Shown: positions 24,467-33,600 of the stretch, one piece after another
How positions within the stretch are numbered: the first letter of the stretch is position 1
Layout of the letters: each line of letters starts with the position of its first letter
DNA from: Squatina squatina
Taxonomy: Eukaryota
Assembly (NCBI GenBank): GCA_031763465.1
Contig: JARFOE010000162.1
Span: 9,192,370 to 9,225,969, forward strand
Direction of reading: 5' to 3'
DNA length: 33,600 nt
Notes under the pieces: generated by a model
Database searches by the model: none
Told to the model about the DNA's origin: nothing
The model's input: only the letters and a program-made list of their open reading frames with translations
Program-made: the position numbers and the translations under genes

Positions 24467-25479
24467 NNNNNNNNNNNNNNNNNNNNNNNNNNNNNNNNNN
24501 NNNNNNNNNNNNNNNNNNNNNNNNNNNNNNNNNNNNNNNNNNNNNNNNNNNNNNNNNNNNNNNNNNCCAACCTGAGCCCCCATGTTCTGTGCAGCTGGAA
24601 TACTCAATCCTTAAATCAATCCAATTCCCAGCTTCACTTTATTCCTAAAGGACAAACCAGGCTGGAGCAACAAACAGTGCTTTAAATTCAGAGTATCTTT
24701 TTTATTTTTTCTCAATTGACGTTACATTACAGGACAGAAAGACACTGAATCCAAATCTTTTCAGGAGATGCACCAAACATCCATTCACTTAAAATTCACA
24801 GACAGAAGAGATTTTTAAAAAAACTCTTCTGCTTCATTTACAGGAAGAAAATACCATCTGACTCACACCAAGAATAATTATTGCTTTTTCCAGAGAGTTG
24901 GGTGAGTGTTGAGGAAGAACACAGCTTTCAACTCACTGCCAGGCACTCTGCACCTCTGACACATTTAAATACCCTGTTTTACATTTCTTGTCATTATAAC
25001 TGTGCAGGAATGAATAAGGAATTATATCCTAGCTTACCCATTACCAGGAAAATACTTCTCCAAAAAAAATCAGAAAACGGTAAGACGAAACCCTATTTAC
25101 AAGAGGTAAACAAATTTTTAAAAAAGGTTTTGAGGTTGCACCGTATTTACATTACCCATTAAATTACACATAAATAAATCTATACATTCAGAACACTGGT
25201 TCCCTTATTACCCTATTTACCCTGTGGAGGAAACTCTCCTGCAGTTTGAAGAGGAACAAGTCATTGATTGCCTGGAGACCAAGCATCCCACTTTTGAACT
25301 AGATTTGTAACTGGCCAAAGACTGGCCTCCAAACCACAGCAGGTCAATTGGCGAGGTCATGGCGAGAGGGGAAAGGCTGNNNNNNNNNNNNNNNNNNNNN
25401 NNNNNNNNNNNNNNNNNNNNNNNNNNNNNNNNNNNNNNNNNNNNNNNNNNNNNNNNNNNNNNNNNNNNNNNNNNNNNNN

Positions 25480-25772
25480 AAATAAAACTGGAATGAAAAA
25501 GCTAGTGTTAGTAATGGTAACCATGAAATTTTTGGATTGTTACAGAAACCCATCTGGTTCACTCATGTCCTTTTGGGGAAGGGAATCTGCTGCCTTTACC
25601 TGGTCTGGCCTATATGTGACTCCAGACCCACAGCAACACGGTTAACTCATAGCTGTCCTCTGGAGCAGCCTAGCAAGATACCCAGTTGCATCAAACTCAG
25701 AGAAATTAGGAATGGGCAATGGATGCTGGCCTTGTCAGCAACACCAACATCTCGAGCATGAATTAAAAAAAA
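25480..25772 (+). mobile_element. tRNA-derived SINE body and A-rich tail
   Basis: aaacccatctggttcactcatgtcctt..ggtctggcctatatgtgactccagacccacagcaa..gcatgaattaaaaaaaaa. Confidence 0.75.
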
Positions 25773-26347
25773 ACATATGACCTCATCAAGGTGCATGGAA
25801 GATGTATTGAAAACCAACAGGGCCCATTGGGACAAACGGGTTAAAAATCCACACACAGAGCGGCCCCTTGGTGAAGGCGGTCTTGTTTCTTTCAGACTTG
25901 CAGTAACCCATAGCTGGCTTTGTATTGGAACTACAGAATCCCACCAAACATGTCACAGGATGAAAATCCACAAATACAGACAAAGATCTGATTATTGCAG
26001 CTGCTATGTGCAAAGAGGGTTTGAAATATTGAATCACTCAGTTCTTAGAAAAACACTCCATTATCAGGGCTGAAATGTTTGAGTACGGTTGGCAAAAGTC
26101 CACATGCCCTGCCAATGTTATCAGACTGAGCCCGTTAATGAGCACAATGCTCTGCCTTATAGGATCAACCACTAACAAACAGGCTTTGTACAGAGGGGCC
26201 AACGGGATTAACGGAGAGATGGCGGAGAGTTAGTGCAGACTTTTACTGAAAGTGAAAGTGGGCCTAGAAAATAGGCTTTTGTTGGCAAACAGTTTACTGA
26301 CTAACAATTATGGACAAGAGCAGTCAAAGGGCTTTTAAAGAGCTTTC

Positions 26348-26528
26348 AGCTGTGGCTCAGTGGACAGAGGTTGTGGGTTCAAGTCCCACTGCAGAGACTC
26401 CAGTCCATAATCTAGGCTGACGCTCCAGTGCAGCGCTGAGGGAGTGCTGCACTGTCAGAGGTGCCACTTTTCGGATGAGATGTTAAACCGAGGCTCCGTC
26501 TGCTCTCTCAGGAAGATTAAAAGACCCC
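26348..26528 (+). mobile_element. Deu-domain SINE (SacSINE1-like), 5' half
   Basis: tggctcagtgg A-box, gggttcaagtccc B-box, then tgagggagtgctgcactgtcagaggtgcc..ttcggatgagatgttaaaccgagg. Confidence 0.8.
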
Positions 26529-27874
26529 NNNNNNNNNNNNNNNNNNNNNNNNNNNNNNNNNNNNNNNNNNNNNNNNNNNNNNNNNNNNNNNNNNNNNNNN
26601 NNNNNNNNNNNNNNNNNNNNNNNNNNNNGTCTGCAGCAATCCAAGCTGCAATCTGCAGTTACTAAGCAACCGTGCGGCCCAGCAGTCAGTGCTGAGGCCT
26701 GTCTTTGCCTCCTTCAGCCTATTGAGAGAGTAGGACTGTAATTGGAAGACACAGCAGGGAGGTAGTAAACTACAAGTGGCTGCATTTATTACTTCCTCTG
26801 CAAGGAAGCATCAAGCCAAGACCGTACTGGTCCACATTTTATTGAATAAAATTTCTCCGGCAATTTGGAGATTACTCACCAGATTGTGGAGTGGAGAGAG
26901 AAACGTCCCAAAGGTGAAGTGACCCCTGTTTAACCCATTCTCGGCTCACTGCACAACTGCTACACGACAGCACGGAATGGCTCACAATGAGGGCTGTTGG
27001 ACCTTAGCAATGCCAATCACCCAATTTCAGCTCCCAGCACTTCTGGATAAGTTCGAAGATGAAGTCCGCTGGCACCACTATATCCGGAGCGCAGAGATCA
27101 GAAGGCGCTCGGCAAAACGCCCTCATCTCCAACGATAGTGATTGTTGGGGAATATCGGCCAGAGGGTCCAGAACGTCGATGTGAAGGAAGCCCGACAGGC
27201 AACCCACTCAAAGGTCTGACCAGACTGACCTCAACCTCGAGACCGATGAAGAANNNNNNNNNNNNNNNNNNNNNNNNNNNNNNNNNNNNNNNNNNNNNNN
27301 NNNNNNNNNNNNNNNNNNNNNNNNNNNNNNNNNNNNNNNNNNNNNNNNNNNNNTGGCTCCCTCTCTGTCTTCCTCGTTAACAGGTCCACAGAAAGGAAGG
27401 TTGCTAAAACAAGAGGGCAAATGCGGATAAAATTAATGGAACAATCGTCGACAACAATTGGGAGTTTGAAATAATTGCGTTCAATAAAAAGAAAAAAGGC
27501 AAGGAGCCACCCTACCCTGTGTCAGCCTCACCCCTCAACTCTTCATCAACAAGCACTTACATTCAAAAGCCCATCCCGCTCACTTAATTACAGACGCCCT
27601 TAAGACATTCAGATAATTTTCTGTTGTTACTTTTGAGTTTAGACTAGAGGGTGCTCCTCCCACACAAGCAGCCTCCTGCTGGTTCCGTCTGCACCAGACA
27701 ACCGGACAGATTTACATGCAAAGGGATCGCAACTCCTGTAGGTGAAGGAACTCTCCAGCTCTCTTGCTTAATTGTGGGAGGCAGTTCAGACAACATGGGT
27801 CCTGAACTACACCCTCACTCGGATAGCTTAGCACGGTGCCTGGGCAGCCTCGACTGAGCTGGAAAGAGGGTAAG

Positions 27875-27875
27875 G

Positions 27876-27908
<33 letters not shown>
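27875..27908. repeat. (GA)n microsatellite upstream of the BMP7 start
   Basis: gagagagacagaaagagagagagagagagagag. Confidence 0.9.
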
Positions 27909-27962
27909 AGGTGACCATGTTTGTGTAGAGGAGTCACACAGCAGTTCAACCTGAGAGTAAGA

Positions 27963-28325
27963 ATGAGCTTCCTGCTGTTAATTAAAAAACCTGTAGCAGG
28001 ACTTCTCTGGAACTGCTTCTTGCTGCAGTCGGTTTTAGGGAACCTGACCACAGACAACGGGATCCATTCCAGTTTCATCTACGGGCGCCTAAAGAGCCAG
28101 GAGAGGCGGGAGATGCAGAGAGAAATTCTCTCGATCCTGGGTCTGCCTCACCGCCCCAGACCCCACTTGCACGGCAAGCACAACTCAGCGCCCATGTTCA
28201 TGCTGGATCTCTACAACTCCATGTTGATGGAGGATGCGGGAGGTTACTCATACCCTTACAGGGCCCTCTTCACCACCCAGGGACCTCCACTGGCCAGCCG
28301 GCACGACAGCACCTTCCTCAGCGAT
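27963..28325 (+). CDS. BMP7: Bone morphogenetic protein 7 exon 1 (signal peptide and start of prodomain), 3' end cut by gap
   Basis: MSFLLL..QSVLG signal peptide, then [82 protein letters not shown] and TQGPPLAS favour BMP7 over BMP5/6/8. The first in-frame ATG is 27963; the track start at 27921 is TTG. Confidence 0.9.
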
Positions 28326-28425
28326 NNNNNNNNNNNNNNNNNNNNNNNNNNNNNNNNNNNNNNNNNNNNNNNNNNNNNNNNNNNNNNNNNNNNNNNNNNN
28401 NNNNNNNNNNNNNNNNNNNNNNNNN

Positions 28426-29545
28426 AAAGGTAAACCAGAGGAAGAACACTGTCTCCACGAGGTTGGCTTCACCATAAAAAATGATCCAGTCAGGCGCCTC
28501 AGCAAGTCCCCTTGCAGGATAAATGAGCGCCTCATGACCCTTCGACTTTCCCTAACCCAGAACCAGCACATCACAGTCGTCAGTGCATACGCCCCTACCC
28601 TAGAAGCAACGGATAAGACCAAAGAGGAATTCTACTCCACGCTTGAGCAATCCCTGTCCCACGTCCCAAAGGGAGACAAGCTGATCCTCCTCAGTGATCT
28701 CAATGCCAGAATCGGGGAGGATGCAAACCTCTGGAAAGGCGTGATTGTCGGGGAAGGAGTAGGGAAGGCAAACTCCAACGGAGTCCCCCTCCTGACGAAG
28801 TGCTTAGAATATGGCCTTGTCATAACCAACACCCTATTCCATCAGAGAGACAAGTACAAGGCCTCATGGCAACACCCTTGCTCCAGGCATTAGCACCTAC
28901 TGGACTACGTCATTGTTCGAGGAGGGATCGCAAGGATGTCCGCATCACCCGCGCCATGACAGGAGCCGATGACTGCTGGACTGACCACTGCCTAATCCAC
29001 TCCATCGTTTCCGTTAACCTGGCCCAAAAATGACAGTGGCAACATAAACACTGCTGTAGGAAAATCAGCATCGAAGGACCNNNNNNNNNNCCTACTCAGC
29101 CAACACCTCACAACCACCCTGGCTGTGCTCAACAAATCGGAACCACAGAGTATCCACAGTGTGTGGTCCCCCCTCAAGTCTACGATCACCAGCACCTCCA
29201 AGGAGACTCTTGGTTTCTCTACCAGGAAACATCAAGACAGGTTTGACAGGAATGACCAGTAGATTCAGGAGCTGTTAACCCGCAAATGCAAGGCATTCTT
29301 GAACTGGTAAGCATCACCAAAGCTCGAGGGAAAGCAAACAGGTCTACAGACAAATGAAGGCCGAGGTCCAACAAAAAACCCGGGACCTAAAGAATAGATG
29401 GTGGGTTGAATGAGGGCAGGAGATCCAGCAGATCGGCCACAACCAGGACATGCGTGGATTCTTCAATGCAGTCAAGACCATCTACAGCCCATACACCCAA
29501 GGACCTACCCCATTGAGAGTTAGGAATGGAGAGATGCTCATCAAG
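28426..29545 (+). mobile_element. RTE-clade LINE, AP-endonuclease and linker region, disabled
   Basis: INERLMTLRL, VVSAYAPTL, DKLILLSDLNARIG, NSNG..LVITNTLF, SWQHP, LDYVIV, CWTDH; stop at 28891 and frameshifts. Confidence 0.9.
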
Positions 29546-29667
29546 TTACTGCTACTGCAACATCAAGNNNNNNNNNNNNNNNNNNNNNNNNNNNNNNNNN
29601 NNNNNNNNNNNNNNNNNNNNNNNNNNNNNNNNNNNNNNNNNNNNNNNNNNNNNNNNNNNNNNNNNNN

Positions 29668-30178
29668 TAAAACCAAATGTATATGCTTGATTTTACCAGC
29701 GTAAGAGTTTTTAATAATGTTAAAATCAAAAAAAATTAGTGGTATATTACTTTAAAACCATTCCCATTAAGGTAAGTATGTTTATAAACATTTTAAAAGA
29801 TTTTTTTTTAATTTCAAAAAGAAAATTCACTCATTTATTTCCTCTATTAAATTTTAATGTTAGAATAGTTTTTTAAATGTTTTTCGATGTATTTGTGTAG
29901 TTTTTCATCTCTCATTCAAACTTTGACAGATCTGTCAGAACTGTCAAAGTTTGAATGAGAAATACTCCTACCTGATTGATTGGGACCTCCCATGTGACCT
30001 CTCCAGCCTGTTCGCTGGACTTACCCTGGAAAGAGAAGAGCTCTGATGCAAATCTCCAACTGTGGGGGGCAGAAAATTACAAACTCACATGGATCCAGGA
30101 TTGTCAGGTAAGTTCATAGACATTTTTGTGATTGGAGGCTTCTGCACGCAGCAAGCCTCCGATCACAAAATCAGAGCC
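29668..30178. mobile_element. MITE, same family as 12778-13491 in opposite orientation, left end cut by gap
   Basis: The reverse complement of its right end, ggctctgattttgtgatcggaggcttgctgcg, matches ggccctgaatttgtggtcggagtctttctgcg at 12778. Same AT-rich core and hairpin. Confidence 0.75.
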
Positions 30179-30285
30179 AATATGTAGATCAGGGACAATC
30201 TACAAATGAATTCAGAATCAGTTGAGCTAATCTTTTCTAGTACAGGTTACCAGGATTTGCATAACATCCCTTTATTTTCTTACAG

Positions 30286-30434
30286 TGAGTCCGACTTGTT
30301 TCCCCTGGACTCTAGGACTATCTGGGCTGCAGAGGAAGGGTGGCTGGTATTCGATATTACAGCCACAAGTAATCATTGGGTAGTGAATCCAAACAATAAC
30401 CTGGGTCTCCAACTCTATGTGCAGACGACTACCG
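30286..30434 (+). CDS. BMP7: BMP7 internal prodomain exon (equivalent to exon 3), 149 bp
   Basis: Acceptor tttattttcttacag and donor G|gtaaga; [47 protein letters not shown]. Phases 2 and 1. Confidence 0.92.
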
Positions 30435-30574
30435 GTAAGATTCAGATACTGGCACTGTTGGCTATCCTACCTTTGCACTGTGGGAAAAATTATAACCAGC
30501 AAGATCAAACAGAAGGACTTGTATCTGAACTCCCGTCTCCCTCTGAATACCAGTATCAGTGCCTCTCTGTACTT

Positions 30575-30728
30575 TTATTTGAACCTGTATCTTCCAGTAT
30601 CTACACCTGTGTCCATATTCATATCTGAACCTGTATTCTCCTATATCTACACTGTGCCCATATTGGTATCTGAACCTGTATCTTCCAGTATCTCCTACAC
30701 CTGTACCTATATTGGTATCTGCACCTGT
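30575..30728. repeat. About 3 tandem copies of a ~46-bp unit
   Basis: tgaacctgtatcttccagtatctacacctgtgtccatattcatatc repeated with variants. Confidence 0.75.
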
Positions 30729-30729
30729 G

Positions 30730-30860
30730 AAGGTAATTTTAATCTAACCTGCTCAGTGAGAAGTTAACATGATCGGGTCATTGGGCCATTTTAATTCGTC
30801 GGAGTGTAAAATCGGGTGAACTGTAAAATGGGCGGCCGATCTGATTTTCTCAGCTTCCTG
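30730..30860. mobile_element. Short palindromic MITE-like remnant
   Basis: gatcgg..gccattttaattc pairs imperfectly with gaactgtaaaatgggcggccgatc; it interrupts a TATC/TGTA-rich tract. Confidence 0.5.
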
Positions 30861-31470
30861 CTTGTATCTCTACCTGTACAAGTATCTAAACCTACACCAA
30901 CACATGCACCTCTGTCTGTATGTGTTACTGTACTTGTACAGTAAATACAGGTAGAAAAATTGATACAACTAAAAATACAGGCCTGCATTACACATACAGA
31001 TAGAGACCACAGATATAGGCACAGGTATGGATACAAGCCTGTAAGTTAAGCTGTTTTGGAATCTGCATCTGTACCTGTACCTTCACCTCTATCAATATCT
31101 CTATCTGTACCTGCATCTATATCTGAATCTGTGCCTGTATTGTTATCTGTACGCTTGCTTACATCTCTAGCTATATCTCAATCTGTGGCTGTATCACCAT
31201 CTGTCAATTTGTGCCTATATCAGTGTCTACATGTAAATCGATATTTACAGCTGTATTTCAATCTGTGCTGGTACTGGTTCCTGTCAGTCTGTGCCATGTA
31301 TCAATATTTATACATATAGCTATATCTATAACTGTATTTCAATCTGCCTGTATCGCTATATGAATCGGTATCTGTATCTCTCCCTGTACTTGTTGTACCA
31401 TTATCTATATCTGTATCTCTCCCTGTACTTGTATCAGTATTTCTATCTGTACCTGTATCTCCTGCTGACC
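30860..31470. repeat. Degenerate low-complexity (TATCTG/TACCTG)n tract with an internal inverted segment near 30940-31035
   Basis: tatctgtacctgtatct-type words; the middle segment reads as the complement (tacaggta, gataca). Confidence 0.7.
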
Positions 31471-31570
31471 NNNNNNNNNNNNNNNNNNNNNNNNNNNNNN
31501 NNNNNNNNNNNNNNNNNNNNNNNNNNNNNNNNNNNNNNNNNNNNNNNNNNNNNNNNNNNNNNNNNNNNNN

Positions 31571-31696
31571 GCATCAAGGGATATGGGGATAGTACAGGAA
31601 AATGGCGTCGAGTTAGAAGATCAGCCATGATCTCGTTGAATGGTGGAGCAGGCTCGAAGGGCCGAATGGCCTACTCCAGCTCCTATTTCTTATGTT
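31571..31696 (+). mobile_element. CR1 3' tail
   Basis: atcaagggatatgggga..gatcagccatgatc..ggctcgaagggccgaatggcctactcc.gctcctatttcttatgtt. Confidence 0.8.
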
Positions 31697-31710
31697 AGGA
31701 TTCCTACCTT

Positions 31711-31895
31711 TAGGGTGACCAGACGTCCTGGTTTTGCCGGGACAGTCCTGTTTTTCAGGACACTTCCTGGTGTCCCGACACTTACCTTCAAATTGCTTAA
31801 ATGTCCCGGATTCTCGGAGCGAGAGACAGAGCCCTGACTGCGCACGCGCACTCTGATTGTCCCGGTTTGGGAATCTTCAGACCTGGTCAACGCTA
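31711..31895. mobile_element. hAT (Blackjack/MER81-MER94-like) MITE
   Basis: TIRs tagggtgaccag ... ctggtcaacgcta, repeated subterminal tgtccc/gggaca motifs, tacctt on both flanks. Confidence 0.7.
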
Positions 31896-32218
31896 TACCT
31901 TCTGCCAAGTTCAATCGCAGATGCAACAGAGTGACGGTTGTTATGTAGACAAACACGGCAGCCATTTTTGATAAGAGCAACATCCCACAGACAGCCAGGG
32001 GAATGGAAGACCACCAATTTTTTAAATCCCTATGTTCTGTCATTAGTGTTTCTTCAACCTTCTCAAATATATACGTTATTATGGATTTCCTCAGAAACTG
32101 CATGAAGTCAAAGCCCCTNNNNNNNNNNNNNNNNNNNNNNNNNNNNNNNNNNNNNNNNNNNNNNNNNNNNNNNNNNNNNNNNNNNNNNNNNNNNNNNNNN
32201 NNNNNNNNNNNNNNNNNN

Positions 32219-32560
32219 ACATCCTTCCTAAAGTGTGGCTATCAGAACAGGACGCAATACTCTATTGTGCACATATACCCCCAGGTCTCTGTCTTCATGC
32301 ACTGCCTTTAGAATTGTGCCCTTTAGTTTATATTGCCTCTCCTCTTTCTTCTTACCAAAATGTATCACTTCGCAATTTGCTGTGTTAAATTTCATCCGCC
32401 AAGTGTTCGCCCATTTCACCAGCCTCTCTATGTCTTCTTGAAGTCTATCACTATCCTCCTCACTGTTCACTATATTCCAAGTTTTGTGTCATCTGCAAAT
32501 TTTGAAATTGTGCCCTATACACCCACATCCAAGTCATTAATATATATCAATAAATGGTCC
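32219..32560 (-). mobile_element. CR1 reverse transcriptase fragment
   Basis: FADDTKL (reverse of caagttttgtgtcatctgcaaa), LQEDIERLVKWANTWRMKFN..CEVIHFG, RDLGV. Confidence 0.9.
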
Positions 32561-32574
32561 TATTACCTTCCTTT

Positions 32575-33015
32575 GGGGGCGGTGCAAGGGCAGTAGCACT
32601 CTGCCACCACTGGGCCACCAGGGACGGTTAAGACCGAGCCAGCAGCCCGGCACCCAAGACAGAGTGCTGGGCTGCAGGATGGTGGCCTGGCCCACGCTAG
32701 GTCTGGCAGTGTCAGGCCAATTCAAGAGTCAGTTGACCAACAAAGATGACGGCCTGCAGCACTCAGCCCTACCCTTTCAACAGCACCCTGGGAGCCAATG
32801 GCCGCCAGCTTCCTGAGCTGCAAAGGTGGCATTGCCATCGGCTCGCATTGGCCTCGCGTCCCGGGCACAGCGCTGCCGGGACAGCACCTCCCAAATTTCT
32901 GGGTCAATTTCCAGGAAAGCAGTAGCGCCTCCTTCCCCCGGGTGAAAACTGTCTTGTTAGCACCCACCAGAGGTGATAATGGGGCTATATAAAGGGACAA
33001 TTTTGTCCCCCCCCT
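32575..33015. mobile_element. GC-rich MITE-like segment between CR1 pieces
   Basis: Sharp GC-rich block ending caattttgtcccc. The left TIR is not recognised. Confidence 0.35.
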
Positions 33016-33017
33016 TA

Positions 33018-33600
33018 TATCCAATAATATTTAGTACCATTCCTGCCTTTATTTGAGCCAAGTCTCCGTTAGCGACACAACACCATATTCCCATGTGTCT
33101 ATTTGCACCTGCAGCTCGGCAACCTTATTTACCACACTTTGTGAATTCACACACATGCACTTTAAACCTATCTTAAACCTTCCTGTATTCTCTCTTAGTC
33201 TGACCCCACCTAACACCGTACTATTTCTTACTCTAGTGTTCTCTGTCTCTCCCAATCCATTGTGCACCTTGTTTCTCCTTTCTATTGCAACATCCTGATG
33301 TCTATCCCCCTGCCAAATTAGTTTAAACCTTCTCCAACAGCACTATCAACATTCCCCCTCTGCCCCCACCACGAGGACTTTGGTCCCAGCACTGTACTAA
33401 TGATCTAATACTATCCTTAATTTCTTTTGTTGGCCATGGTTGGGGCACTTTTCCTGTTGCGTTTTTGTGCTCGAAGGGAATATATAACTGTTGCAATTTA
33501 TGCATTCATTCCTTAAATGTTAGCCACCGTCATGTCTTTTAATGAAGTTCCCCAATTTGTCTTAGCCAACTCGGCCCTCATACCTTCATAGTTTCCTTTG
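33018..33600 (-). mobile_element. CR1 fragments: start of ORF2 endonuclease (33018-33350) and a separate mid-ORF2 piece (33398-33600)
   Basis: LKCMCVNSQSVVNKVAEL..VVSLTETWLK and QPWPTKEIKDSIR. Confidence 0.8.

Larger units (their letters stand above)
991..32218. other. Twenty 100-N scaffold gaps (first 991-1090, last 32119-32218) plus small gaps at 1694-1697, 4153-4162, 16442-16451 and 29081-29090
   Basis: Directly visible. A uniform 100-N length is the convention for gaps of unknown size. Confidence 0.97.

Noticed and set aside
26348-26390. tRNA gene
   Set aside because: The A and B boxes belong to a SINE head; no cloverleaf forms and the SINE body follows directly.
28234-28893. 219-aa ORF suggesting a BMP7-endonuclease fusion
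   Set aside because: The ORF reads through a 100-N gap joining two contigs, and its first part is out of frame with BMP7.
30791-31698. Tyr/Leu- and Ser/Val-rich ORFs
   Set aside because: Translations of low-complexity TATC/TGTA sequence in a BMP7 intron.

Overview
Eukaryotic vertebrate DNA, most likely a cartilaginous fish judging by the repeat types (CR1 and L2 LINEs, Deu-domain SINEs, GC-rich MITEs). It is a fragmented scaffold: 21 short contigs joined by 20 gaps of exactly 100 N, so distances and contig order are unreliable. Recognisable genes match the human 20q13 neighbourhood: the large coding exon of GCNT7 (- strand), an intronless disabled RTF2 copy absent from the ORF track (+ strand), and BMP7 exons 1 and 3 (+ strand). 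I found no TFAP2C exon. The largest feature is a ~6.3 kb satellite of 17-bp units with ~1-1.2 kb higher-order structure, a CpG-decay signature and a possible MITE origin. A PIF/Harbinger-like MITE family occurs three times and keeps an internal hairpin while its sequence changes. I see no CRISPR array or prokaryote-type system. The best leads are the satellite/MITE link, the MITE hairpin, the RTF2 retrocopy and the BMP7 orientation. All homology calls are from recall, not database searches.
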